A program made the position numbers and the translations under genes. Below are positions 24,526 to 46,412 of a stretch of 64,000 bases of DNA, piece after piece. The stretch's first letter is position 1; each line of letters begins with the position of its first letter. The notes below the pieces were generated by a model, which ran no database searches, was not told the origin of the DNA, and saw only the letters and a program-made list of their open reading frames with translations. This DNA is from the human T2T-CHM13v2.0 reference genome, Homo sapiens: the NCBI RefSeq assembly GCF_009914755.1, contig NC_060925.1. One strand, 5' to 3'.

Positions 24526-24734
24526 GCATGTGGGAGCAACTTACCCACATTTCGGTTACACTAGTATGGCTACAAAAAAATTTTTTTTAAGGAAAAAAGT
24601 ATTGGTGAGAATGTGGAGAAATTCAAACTTCATACTTTGCTGATGGGGATGTAAAATAGGGCAGCTACTGTGGAAAACAGTTTTGTGGTTCCTCAAAAAG
24701 AAAGAATTACCATATGATGCAGCAATTCTGCTAC

Positions 24735-25364
24735 TGAAGCAGCGTCGTTTTCTGGGGTAAATACCTGAGGTTCCTCGTCTAGTGCCAAGAAGATTAAGGA
24801 CATGGATACACGCAAGGAGCGAGTTTAGGAGAGGAGATTTCATAGGCAAAAAAGGGAGAAAAGGTCTCTCATGAGAGAGTGGGGCGCTCGAATGGGAATT
24901 CCAGCCTGGGGCAGAGTGCACCCGATTTTATAGGCAGGCTTAAGAAGGCAGTGTCTGATTTACATAGGGTCCAAAGATTGGTTGGACCAGGTGTGACGTT
25001 TACATAACACGCCAGGTAAGCTGGCTTCTCCACCCTAATCTTATTATGCAAATAGAATCTTTGCCTGGCTGGCACCATGTTGCCTGCTCCTTACTACACA
25101 CGCGGCTAGCAAAGAGAAGGGAAGATGGAGCCGCCATTTTGAACATGCGTAGTCCCAGGTGTAGCCTTTTCCTATTGCCACAACTGCTGGCGTTCACCCC
25201 TGCAAGCTTCCAGCTTGCTTGTCTATGTTTGCAGCTTGATTTTACAGGATGTTCTTTGTTACAAAAGAAAATTATCTGGGGGCTGTTTTTCATTAAAAGG
25301 AAAACCTTACCAAGGACTCCTGTAGCTTACCTGCCTAAATAATTTATTCTTAATGCCTATATCA
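24735..25364 (-). mobile_element. Solo LTR9 (HUERS-P3 family)
   Basis: Minus strand begins TGATATAGGC and ends CTTCA; 4-bp TSD CTAC (24731-24734 and 25365-25368); internal matches to the LTR9 consensus. Confidence 0.85.
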
Positions 25365-25611
25365 CTACTAGGTATATTACCAAAATAAAACCGGTATTCA
25401 AACAAACACTTGTACAGCAGCACTATTCACAGTAGCCAAAAGTTGCAAACAATTCACATGTCCATCAATGGATGCATAGATAAACAAATATATTATGCAG
25501 CTATAAAAGGGAATGAAGTACTAATAAATCCCACAATGTGGATAAACCTTAAAAATATATAAGTGAAAGAAGCCAGAAACTAAAGGTTCAAAATTGTATG
25601 TGCGATAATTT

Positions 25612-26150
25612 CGAGGCATTTGAACCAGAGCAACTCCATCTTGAATAGGGACTGGGTAAAATAAGGCTGAAACCTACTAGGCTACATTCCTGAGATGGTT
25701 AAGCATTCTAAGTCATAGGATGAGATAGGAGGTCAGCATAAGATACAGGTCATAAAGACCTTCCTGATAAAATAGCTTGGAGTAAAGAAGCCAGCCAAAA
25801 CCCACTAAAACCAAGATGGCCCAGAGAGTGACCTCTGGTCATCACTACTACACTCCCACCAGTGCCATGAGAGTTTACAAATGCCATGGCAACCTCAGGA
25901 AGTTACCCTATATGATCCAAAAAAGGGAGGCATGAATAATCCACCTCTTTTTTAGCATATAATCAAGAAATAACCATAAAAATGGGCAACCAGCAGCCCT
26001 GAGGGTGCTGTCTATAGAGTAGCCATTCTTTTATTCCTTTACTTTTTAAATAAACTTGCTTTCACTTTATGGACTTGCCCTGAATTCTTTTTTGCACGAG
26101 ATCCAAGAACCCTCTCTTGGGCTCTGGGTCAGGACTCCTTTCCATTAACA
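25612..26150 (+). mobile_element. Solo MER41A LTR
   Basis: GAGGCATTTGAACCAGAGCAACTCCATCTTGAATAGG...TAACA; has the MER41A-type GGGAGGCATGAATAATCC segment rather than the MER41B tandem GAS segment. Confidence 0.85.
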
Positions 26151-26244
26151 ATTTCATTGCATGAAATACCCAAGATAGGTAAATCCATAGAGACAGAAAG
26201 CAGATTAGTGGTTGCCAGGGGCTAGGGATAGGGAGAAAGGGAGT

Positions 26245-27640
26245 TGTGTCCGGATTTGGTGGGTTCTTGGTCTCGCTGACTTCAAGAATGAAGCCGCGGA
26301 CCCTCGCGGTGTTACAGCTCTTAAGGTGGCGCGTCTGAAGTTTCTTCCTTCTGGTGGGTTCGTGGTCTCGCTGGCTCAGGAGTGAAGCTGCAGACCTTTG
26401 CGTTGAGTGTTACAGCTCTTAAGGCGGCGCATCTGGAGTTGTTCGTTCCTCCCAGTGGTCTCGTGGTCCCGCTGGCTTCAGGAGTGAAGCTGCAGATTTT
26501 CGCGGTGAGTGTTACAGCTCATAAAAGCAGTGTGGACCCAAACAGTGAGCAGCAGCAAGGTTTATTGCAAAGAGTGAAAGAACAAAACTTCCACAGTGGA
26601 AGGGGACCGGAGCAAGTTGCCACTGCTGGCTGGGGCAGCCTGCTTTTATTCTCTTACCTGGCCCCACCCACGTCCTGCTGATTGGTAGAGCCAAGTGGTC
26701 TGTTTTGACAGGGCGCTGATTGGTGCGTTTACAATCCCTGAGCTAGATACAAAGGTTCTCCACGTCCCCATCAGATTAGTTAGATACAGAGTATAGACAC
26801 AAAGGTTCTCCAAGGCCCCACCAGAGCAGCTAGATACAGAGTGTCGATTGGTGCATTCACAAACCCTGAGCTAGACACAGAGTGCTGATTGGTGTGTTTA
26901 CAAACCTTGAGCTAGATACAGAGTGCTGATTGGTGTATTTACAATCCCTGAACTAGGCATAAAGGTTCTCCACGTCCCCACCAGACTCAGGAGCCCAACT
27001 GGCTTCACCCAGTGGATCCCGCACGGGGCTGCAGGTGGAGCTGCCTGCCAGTTCCGCGCCGTGCGCCCGCACTCCTCAGCCCTTAGGTGGTCGATGGGAC
27101 TGAGCACCGTGGAGCAGGGGGCGGCGCTCATCGGGGAGGCTCCGGCCGCATAGGAGCCCATGGAGTGGGTGGGAGGCTCAGGCATGGCGGGCTGCAGGTC
27201 CCGAGTCCTGCCCCGCGGGCAGGCAGCTAAGGCCCGGTGAGAAATCAAGCGCAGCGCCGGTGGGCTGGCACTGCTGGGGGACCCAGTACACCCTCCACAG
27301 CCACTGGCCCGGGTGCTAAGCCCGTCATTGCCCGGGGCCGGCAGGGCCGGCCGGCTGCTCCGAGTGCCGGGCCCGCCAAGCGCACGCCTACCCGGAACTC
27401 CAGCTGGCCCGCAAGCGCCGCGCGCAGCCCCGGTTCCCGCTCGCGCCTCTCCCTCCACACCTCCCTGCAAGCTGAGGGAGCCGGCTCTGGCCTTGGCCAG
27501 CCCAGAAAAGGGGCTCCCACTGTGCAGCAGTGGGCTGAAGGGCTCCTCAAGTGCCGCCAAAGTGGGAGCCCAGGCAGAGGAGGCGCCGAGAGCGAGCGAG
27601 GGCTGTGAGGACTGCCCTGCCAGCACGCTGTCACCTCTCA
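26245..27640 (-). mobile_element. Solo LTR12C (ERV9)
   Basis: Minus strand starts TGAGAGGTGACAGCGTGCTGGC and ends GGACACA; TSD GAGT (26241-26244 and 27641-27644); tandem CTGATTGG (CCAAT) repeats; CpG-rich U3. Confidence 0.95.
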
Positions 27641-27717
27641 GAGTGACTGCTTAATGGATATGGAGTTTTCTTTTGGGGTGATGAAAATGATTTGGAACTT
27701 GATATAAGTGGTGACTG

Positions 27718-27880
27718 TGTTACCAGAGAGGTGTCCGATTCCAGACCCCTCCAGAGTAAACTGAAAGCCAGTTTTTAGGAAAGTAAAGGAATAAGAGAAT
27801 AGCTACTCCATTGACAGAGCAGCCCCAAAGGTGCTGGTTGTCCATTTTTATGGTTATTTCTGGTTCAAACGTCTCTGACA
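27718..27880 (-). mobile_element. Internally deleted MER41 LTR with both termini retained
   Basis: Plus strand starts TGTTACC and ends GGTTCAAACGTCTCTGACA (reverse complement of the MER41 5' end); only ~160 bp long. Confidence 0.7.
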
Positions 27881-27894
27881 GTTGCATGTGCTAT

Positions 27895-28680
27895 TGTGAA
27901 ATATATATTTGGTCTTCTTCTCCATTTCCTGGTGGCATACAACTTCTAAAATCCTTAGAACCTCCAAAGAGATGTGTCTTTTTATATGTTAATGAGTTGA
28001 CTGATGGTTGGGGACTCCTGGATAGCTTCAGGATTGAGGGCTGGTCACAGGAAAGACCAAACCTTGATGAGAGAGTTGGGACTTGCAGGCACACCCCTCA
28101 ACCTCCACGAAGGGGAGGAAGGCTGAAAGTTATGCTGATTACCAATGACCAATGATTTAATGACTCATGACTACATAAGGAAGCTTTCATAAAAACGCAA
28201 AAGGACTGGGTCCAGAGAGCTTCGAGTTAGTGGAACACGTGGAGGCACCTGGAGGGTGTCATGCCCTGCCAGGGCATGGAAGCTTCATGCTCTTTCCCAC
28301 ATAAGCATTTCTTTCATCTGGTGTTCAACAGTCTCATTTGTAATATCCTTTATAATAAACCAGTAAATGTAAGTAAAGTGTTTTCCTGAGTTCTGTGAGC
28401 CACTTTAGCAAATTAGTTGAACCCAAAGAGAGGGTAGTGGGAATCTTGATTTACAGCCAGTCAGTTAGAAGCACAAGTAAAACAACCTGGGGCTTATGAT
28501 TGGCATTGGAACTAGGGGCAAGCTTGTGGGACTGAGCCCTCACCTGTGGGATCTGACACTATCGCCAGGTGGATAGTGTGACAGTTGAGTTGAATCAGAG
28601 GACACCCAACTGGTGTCCACTGAAGAATGGATTGGTTACTGTTGGGGAGAAATTCCCACACACATTTTGGTTACCAAGAG
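27895..28680 (+). mobile_element. MER21-family LTR
   Basis: AAATATATATTTGGTCTT...TAATAAACCAGTAAATGTAAGTAAAGTGTTTTCCTGAGTTCTGTGAGC...GGGACTGAGCCCTC. Confidence 0.75.
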
Positions 28681-28726
28681 TCACAGAATGGTGAATATAC
28701 TAAAAACCATTGAAATGTACACTTTA

Positions 28727-29800
<1,074 letters not shown>

Positions 29801-29855
29801 GATCGTATCTAATTTTATAATTTTAACTTTTTATTCTTTTCTTGAAGAGGGCCGC

Positions 29856-30366
29856 TGTGGTGGACACTATAAGCACCCCCTCCCAAAGATGTCCATGTTT
29901 TAATCCTTGAAACCTGTGAATATGTTATGTAATATGACAAAGGATAATTAAGGTGACAGATAGAATTAATGTTGCTAATCAGCTGGCCTTAAAATAGGGA
30001 GATTATCCTGGATTGTCTGGGTGAACCGAGTATAATCAAGAGTCCTTAAAATGGAAGAAGGTGACAGAGAGGAGGTCAGAGTGAAGCAATCTAAGAAGGA
30101 CTTATCTGTTGTTGCTGGTTTTGAAGATGGAGGAAGAAGCCACAACTCAAGGAATGCAGATGGTCTCTAAAGCTGGAAAAGACAAGGAAACTGATTTTTT
30201 CCCAGAGCCTCCAGAAGGGAACACAGCCCTCTTGACGCTTGAGTTTTATTTAGCCCAGTGAGTCCTGTCTGGACCTTTTAACTACAGAGCTGTAAGAGAA
30301 ATTTGTGTTGTCTAAAGCTACAAAGTTTGTGGTAATTTGTTATAGCAGTGATAGAAAACTAATACA
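29856..30366 (+). mobile_element. MLT1D-like MaLR LTR
   Basis: TGTGG...CCCAAAGATGTCCATG...GGGAGATTATCCTGGATT...GAAAACTAATACA. Confidence 0.8.
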
Positions 30367-30931
30367 GCCACCTTAGATGTGCATACTTCAGGCCCCGCAA
30401 AACTTTTATCTTCCGCTGACAGGGAATATAAAGAGTACAGGCTTTGAAGTTGGAAAACCTGGTCTCGTAACTTACTTGCTGTGTTACTGTAGGCAAATCG
30501 CTGAACTCTTCCAGGCCTTAGTTTCTTCACAGGTACATTGGAGATAATACCTACAAACCTGATCTATTGTGCAGATCAAAAGAGAAAGTGATTAATAAAA
30601 CTTGGAAAGTGCTCTAAAAATGTTCATGTGTCATTTTAAGTTGTTAATAAAGAGTATTAGAGTGACTAAGTGACTCCAAGCTTATTAGCTGGAAAAATAG
30701 AAGTAGGAGAGCCGATTCTCTGGGACATGCCTGTAGTCCCAGTTACTTGGGAGACTGAGGTGGGGAGAATTGCTTGAGTCCAGCCTGGGTAACATGGGGA
30801 GATCTGTCCCTAAAAAATGAAAAAAGGAAAAACAGTTGGAGGGTAAGAAAAGGAAACCAGTTTTGATGAACTAGCCAAGTTGATTAAAATAAAGCAGATA
30901 CAATTCCTACTGTTTTTCCAGATATCTTCCT

Positions 30932-31967
<1,036 letters not shown>

Positions 31968-32019
31968 TGAGAAAGATGCTCTTAACCCTATTTCACCAAT
32001 AATAAAACAAAAAGTGTTC

Positions 32020-32730
32020 TTTTTGTTTTTGTTTTATTGAGATGTAATTCACCTAACATAAAATTCACTATTCTAAAGCGCACACTTCAGTGGTTTTTAG
32101 AAAATTCCCTATGTTGTGTAACCATCACCATTACTCTCAAAACATTTCCATCAACTGCGCCCCCCCACCGAAAAAAACCATACTATTAGCAGTTAGTCCC
32201 AATTTCCCCCTTCTCCCATCCCTTAGCAACTACTAATCTGTCTATGGATTTGCTTATTCTGGATATTTTATATACTGTAAATTGAATTATTAGCATAATA
32301 TTTTCAAAGTTCATTCATATTGTAGCATGCATCAGTACTTCATTCCTTTTATGGCTGAATAATAATCCATTGTATGGATGTATTACATTTTGTTTATCCT
32401 TTAGTTAGCTGATGGACATTTGGATTGTTTTCACTTTTTGGCCATTATGAATAAAGCTGCTATGAACATTCATTTACAAGTTTTTGTGTAAACATATATT
32501 CTCATTTCTCTTGAGTATATGCTCAAGAAGTGGAATTCCTGGTTCATATGATAACTCTGTGTTTATCTTTTTGAGAAACTGCTAAACTGTTTTCCATAGC
32601 AGCTGTACTTTCCACCAGCAATATATGAGGGTTCCAATTTTTCCACATTCTTTTCAACACTTGTTGTTTTCTCTTTTTGAAAATATTGTTACTATAGTCA
32701 ACCTAATGGGTGTAAAGTGATTTCTCATGT
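32020..32730 (-). repeat. L1MB-like fragment
   Basis: TTCATTCCTTTTATGGCTGAATAATAATCCATTGTATGG...GATGGACATTTGGATTG are antisense L1 3' motifs. Confidence 0.8.
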
Positions 32731-32745
32731 AATTTGTTTGTTTAG

Positions 32746-33068
<323 letters not shown>

Positions 33069-33088
33069 TGAGCCACCGCTCCTAGCCC

Positions 33089-34155
<1,067 letters not shown>

Positions 34156-34347
34156 TGTCTCTTAAGAATGAAAACAAGCAAGCACATACACTCTCAGCAC
34201 TTTCACCCAGAATTTTAATGGAGGTTCTCGTGAGTTCGATAAGGCAAAAATAATAATAATTATTATTATTATTTAGCCGGTCGCAGTGGCTCACGCCTGT
34301 AATCCCAGCACTTCGGGAGGCCAAGGCGGGCGGATCACGTGAGGTCA

Positions 34348-34662
<315 letters not shown>

Positions 34663-35224
34663 TCAAAAAAAAAAAAAAAAATAGATTGGAAAGGAAGAAG
34701 TAAAATTCTAATCACAAACAACATGGTCATCTTTACAAAAAATCATTTGGAATCTACAAAAAGGCTAATAAAACTTAGCAAGTTTGTAAGAAACAATAAA
34801 AATCAACTGTATTTTTATATAGAATTAGCAGACATTTTTAAGTAGATAATAAAATCAGTGCTATTTTCTTTCTTTCTTTTTTTATTATTATTATTTTTAG
34901 TAGAGACGGGGTTTCACCGTGTTAGCCAGAATGGTCTCCATCTCCTGACCTTGTGATCTGCCCACCTCGGCCTCCCAAAGTGCTGGGATTACAGGTGTGA
35001 GCCACCGCACCCGGCCTAAATCAGTACTATTTTCAATAGGAGCAAAACAGTTAAAATTTAGGAATAATTACGACAAAAGATTTGTAAGGCCTGTACACTG
35101 AAAGCTATAGAACATTTCTGAGAGAAATAAGAGACCTAAATAGATGGAGAGATAATATCATGTTCATGAATTGGAAGATTCAATATTGTTAAGAACTCAA
35201 TTCTCTCCAAATTATCTATGGAGT

Positions 35225-36890
<1,666 letters not shown>

Positions 36891-37054
36891 AGAGTCAGTG
36901 TAATCCCAATCAAAATCTTTTTTAAAAAATATTTTACAGAAAAAATTGACAAGCTGCTTCTAAAGTTCATATGAAAGGGAAAAATAAAAAAAACAACAAC
37001 CCAAACTTAGAGTAGACAAAACAACTTGAAGACTATGAAGAAAGTTGGAGTCCA

Positions 37055-38460
<1,406 letters not shown>

Positions 38461-38646
38461 ATTTTTTTTGTTAATTTTTAAGACATGATTAGAGCCAAAG
38501 AAGAGTTGGTGTAGAGATCAAGGTTTGGACAAGGGTGAGGCAAGTGAGGCTTTCATTCTCAAGGACCCATCTTGCGCTTATATGATCTTGAGAGTGTGTG
38601 CCTCCTAAAATTTTATGTTTCCTCACCTGAAGGTAATCCTGCCCCT

Positions 38647-39190
38647 TATGGGACTCAGAACATGACACCCCAAAATATGGCACCTTGGCAATTAAGAAAA
38701 CTAAAGAAGCAAGATCACGTTGACCTCCCCCCGCTTTCTCATGCACAGTGCTTTCATAAAGGAATTATTTAACCTACCTCACCTGAAAGCAGGACATAAG
38801 ACCCTCATTCCAGGCTGGCCCAGCCCCATACTCAGAGAAAAGGAATGCTACTCAGCAGAAAGGAATGCTACTCAGAGTGGCCAAGAACAATCTGAACAAA
38901 CAGATCTTGTCATATTTCCCCTACTTCCCCTACCCCAGTTTATTACCATTAGATCATACCCTTTGTCCAGTCATGTTCTCCACAATCATCTACTTCTTTC
39001 AGCAGACTTAGCATTTAAAAAAACACAATTTTCCCTGGGTCTTTGGGTCTTCATTTCTGAAGGCTCTTATGTCTTATAAAACCTTGTTAAATTTGTTATG
39101 CTTTCCTCTTATTAATCTGCGTTTTGTTATGGGGTGTCATCTGTGAACCTAGCAATGGGTGAGGAAGACAATACTTTTTTCTCTCCTATG
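38647..39190 (+). mobile_element. MER31/MER34-group ERV1 LTR
   Basis: CAGAACATGACACCCCAAAATATGGCACCTTGGCA...GGGTCTTCATTTCTGAAGGCTC. Confidence 0.6.
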
Positions 39191-39264
39191 CCCTGATGGG
39201 GAACTCTCTAGACAGACAAATGAATAGCTGAGGCTTCTCATCACCCATATACCCACATTCTCTC

Positions 39265-40668
<1,404 letters not shown>

Positions 40669-41289
40669 CTGAAATAAAAAAAAATAATTTTTTTTTTTTA
40701 AAAAGAGTTTGAGGCCTTGTGTACCTTGAGTTAAAGAGGCCTCTAAAGGAGAACCTGGGGGATTCCAAATCTGACAGCTACAATTTTGCACAAAGCCTTA
40801 CTCAATGTTCTCCACTCATCACCCCCTTTCTTTTTACCTGCTTCCCTTGTCTTCTGCTCTTCTCCTCTCCTGGCGAGTTGGTGTTGGTTGTTGTCAGGAA
40901 GCCTCAGCTCCTCACAATGGGAACTCCCCAGAGGGCTCCTTGAATGTCCTCATGACATGGCGCCTAACTCCCACCAGAATGAGAGATCCAGGAGACAGTG
41001 AGAGGGAAGCCACCAAGCCTTTAGGTCCTAATCTCTAAAGTCACTGTAGGGGAGAAAATTAGCATCTTTATCTAGTATCACCCTAGGTTTGTGGCAGAGA
41101 TCCCTATAACAAAATATTAAATACAAGAGAAAAGCATACAAATTTATTTAATAAGTTTTACATCATATGAGAGACTTAATAAGGAAATGAAGACCCAAAG
41201 AAACAGAAAAAAAACGGTATTTTTATGCTTAGGTTCGTGTAGAGTGGACTATCATACAGTATGATTGGACAAAAGTGGGTATGATCTAA

Positions 41290-41793
41290 TAGAATGAGAC
41301 CACCACTTCTCCTGTTGTCCTTCCCAGCTTCTCCCCAACCTCCCCTTTTCCCTAGTTTATAAGACAGGAGAAAAGGGAGAAAGCAAAAAGTTGGAAAGAA
41401 ACAGAAATAAGATAAATAACTAGACGACCTTGGCGCCACCACCTGGCCCTGGTGGTTAAAAGAATAATAATAATAATAATAATATTAACCCCTGACCAAA
41501 ACTACTAGTGTTATCTGTAAATTCCAGACATTGTATGTGAAAGCACTGTAAAACTTTTTGTTCTGTTAGCTGATGTATGTAGCCCCTAGTCACGTTCCTC
41601 ACACTTACTTGATCTATTACGACCTTTTCACGTGGACCCCTTAGAGTTGTAAGCCCTTAAAAGGGCTAGGAATTTCTTTTTTGGGGAGCTCAGCTCTTAA
41701 GACGCGAGTCTGCTGACACTCCCAGCCCAATAAAAACCTCTTCCTTCTTTAATCCGGTGTCCTAGGAGTTTTGTCTGCGACTTGTCCTGCTAC
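41290..41793 (+). mobile_element. Solo LTR2B inserted in an antisense MER31-like LTR
   Basis: GAGACCACCACTTCTCCTGTTGTCC...(AAT)n...GTTGTAAGCCCTTAAAAGGG...AATAAA...CCTGCTACA; 3' half clearly homologous to the LTR2 at 4818-5280; imperfect TSD CTAA/GTAA. Confidence 0.85.
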
Positions 41794-42000
41794 AGTAATG
41801 GTAACAAACTGGAGAGAACTTAACAAGGCCTGTTTATTCACAGCTTCTTGGCATCTCTGCGTCTTCATTCTTTTCTTCTGGGTATAGGAAGGAGGCCCTG
41901 CAAATAGGGTCTTATGACCTTATTTTGTAAGAAGGTCAGAGAATTCTTTTAGGGCCTGCTTCATGGGAGAAAGTCAGGGGAAGGTCAGAGAGACCTTCCC

Positions 42001-42810
<810 letters not shown>

Positions 42811-42870
42811 ATCACCCCTGCACATGCTGTTTGTCCATTCAGTTCTTCAGCTTGAATTCTTTTTTTTTGA

Positions 42871-43180
<310 letters not shown>

Positions 43181-44536
43181 TAGGGTAGTGCATCCTGCAC
43201 TCCATCTGGAACACATGCCACATCCCTTCTGCTACATTCTACTGGTCAAAGCATCCCTTTTGCTACATGCCACTAGTCAAAGCAAGTTACAAAAGCAGGC
43301 CAGATCCAAAGGTTGAGGAAACAGAACCCCACCTCTGAGAAGCAGCAAATAATTTGTGACCATGTTTAATCTACCATAAAGAATTTGGCCAGGATCAGAG
43401 ATGGTTGCCCACACTTTTGTCCTTTCTCTTACTGAACTGGAGTTTTGAAGAGGCCATCACGCGGTCTACCCCCTTTAGAAGGAGATCTGCAAAAGCTTTA
43501 AATGTTTGCCCTGAGCTCTCAGTTTCTCTGGTTTTTCCTTTTCCCATCTCTCTCTCTCTCTCTCTCTCTCTGAGCCCCACCCCACTTTCCCTGCTGCCCC
43601 ATCCTCTGTAATTCAGCTACAGCCAAGCTGTAGCTTTTCCTGTCTAGCCCTACCCAACTCAGGGACCCATTCTTCTCCCCATTTCAAGCCCCATAGGCCT
43701 CCTCAACTCTCCCTGGAAAGGAGAAACCGGCTCAAAGTGAGTTGAGTGGAGAATTGGGAAAGCTCTTTGAGACTTCTGGAGTTCCCAGTAGCAAAAGGAA
43801 ACAGGATAACAAAACAGGGTGAAACCTGAATGATGGCATGGAGGGGCTGGTGGGGGTGCTCACAAGAGGTAGGATGGAAAAGAACTGAAAACAGAAAGTT
43901 GCCCTTACCTTCCCGGACTTGAGGGACCTGTGACTCTAGGCAATTGAGGGTAGTTGTCTTGCCAAGGTGATAGCATGTAATAGCCCATAATTACCCATAA
44001 TGACTTCATGAGGCTCAGCCTAGGTGGGAGCCCAGGCATTTCAAGATAATGTCTTTTCTTCCCTTTGTATTCTGAGTGTGTTAGCTCCCTGCATGGATTG
44101 AAAGGTGCTTATTAACACAAGTGCCCTTGTTAATTAGGTTGGTTCTGACTTACGTGCTACTTATTAGATACTCAAGTCAATATGGATAAGTGTCCTGCTT
44201 CTGGGCCAGGGACAGAGAAAAAGCCAGAAAACCCACTTCTCCTCAAAAGGTGTCTCTGGTGTCCAGAAAGGACAGAGGATGCTTCATTTTTATGGTGCTG
44301 GGATGAGCTGAGGGAAGGGGAGAAGCAGGAGGCAAACCCTGGTGGGGGCGCTGCTGGAAGGAGACAGCTCACAGGACACCACCACCACAAGCTGAGCCTC
44401 CACTTTCCCATCTGTGATGTGGGGTTTAGAACCAGAGTATTGGCATGAGAAAGGATTAGAGATGAATGCCCACTTTTGTCCTTGTAAGAAAAAATTGTGG
44501 AACTTTGAAATTAAGTAGGAGTCCTGGCCTAAATAG

Positions 44537-44897
<361 letters not shown>

Positions 44898-45042
44898 CTA
44901 GCTTTTCTTTGATTAGGATATTTTACCACTCTGTAGAGATAACAGTTGACTTGTAAAAATCTGGTAGTAAGACAGTTTCCTTCTAAAGAAATGCAAATTG
45001 CATCAATTGTACAGTGAAATGCAGTTGATTCTATTCCTTTGG

Positions 45043-46030
45043 TATGATAGGGTTCACGACATACTACTCCAAAATGTGGCACCTCGGCATTCGAGAAAAC
45101 AAGAGAAGCTGGGAGGTTTCTCTGGCCTTCTCCCACTGTTCTCCCACTGTTCTCCCCTGAGGCAGGCCATAAAACTGAATTGAACTTCTCCTGAAGTAGG
45201 TCATAAGGCCCTCATTTCAGAGGGGTTCTCTCTATATCTGGAGAAAAGGAATAAAGACACAGAGATGCCAAGAAGAATCTGAACAAACAGGCCTTGCTAA
45301 GTTCCCCCAGTTCCCTCCCGCTCCTGTCTCTGACTCCTCTGCCTTTCCCAGAACACAGGGAGAGGCTTTCTCTGAAGTTCCCTTATCTGACCAAGGGAAG
45401 TTTCTTCAGAAGGAATGCAGTTGTCTTGGGCCCTCTCCCTACAATCTCATTAAACAGAGAAGATTAACTCACAGGAAAGGAGACTGGAGTTGACACCAAA
45501 CCCAGAGCCCAGACGAACTTTGTGACACGATATTGCCTGTTCTTTGGGCCCATTCATTCCCCCTAAGAATCGTTTACTCTTTCTCTAAAATTGCCTAGAG
45601 CCCCCACCTCCCTTACTGCTATGAAGAGGGCATTTAAGCTTCAGCTATCTGGCCCTTTGAGTTTACTTTGTGTGACTCTCATTTGTGTAACTCTCTTGCA
45701 CTTGCATATTAATGAATTCATCAGCCTTTTCTCCTGTTAATCTGCCTGTTGTCCATTTATTTCAGCAGATGCTATTATCAAACTTTCAGAGGGGAAGTGT
45801 AAACTTTCCTGCAATACACTTTTGGCTTTTGATCATACTTCTGCATGACTGCCCATAAAAATACACAGATTTTTCAGTTCTTTTGGGTCTTTGTTTCTGA
45901 AGGCTCCTGTGTTAAATAAAATTTAAACTTTGGTTAAATAAAACTTTGGTTAAATAAAGATGTATGTTTTTATCTTGCTGATCTGTCTTTTGTTATAGGG
46001 GTCACTGCCATGAACCTTGCAAAGATTAGG
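45043..46030 (+). mobile_element. MER31/MER67-group ERV1 LTR sequence (composite)
   Basis: CCAAAATGTGGCACCTCGGCATTCGAGAAAAC and CCAAGAAGAATCTGAACAAACAGGCCTTGC; a second LTR-like block at ~45320-45815. Confidence 0.5.
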
Positions 46031-46262
46031 GAAAAGATAATACTTTATCACACATAAATATTGACCAGTTTTTTCAGTTCTTCGAGTTTTGCATCCACTT
46101 GTAAATGCATCTCAACATTCTTTATCTGACTCTAAACTTGATAGTTTTCTTTAAAATGGACTATAATATTCAAATTATATTAATGAGGGTTTCCTTATTA
46201 ATTAATGAATTAAATGTTTTGCATTTTATATCTGTGTAACAGTATATCCTTTTAAAATATTA

Positions 46263-46412
<150 letters not shown>

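Larger units (their letters stand above)
24560..28725 (+). repeat. L1M 3' end split by five LTR insertions
   Basis: Colinear L1 pieces at ~24560-24734, 25365-25605, 26151-26244, 27641-27717 and 28680-28725. Confidence 0.75.

Noticed and set aside
25612-26150. MER41 as an interferon-gamma (STAT1) enhancer
   Set aside because: This copy is MER41A-type and lacks the tandem GAS segment characteristic of MER41B.
26690-26985. Regularly spaced repeats resembling a repeat-spacer array
   Set aside because: Normal LTR12 tandem CCAAT/GATA repeats; not CRISPR.
26898-27654. Long GC-rich ORFs (up to 242 aa) and a second CpG-island-like block
   Set aside because: Entirely within the LTR12C U3; intrinsic to the element.
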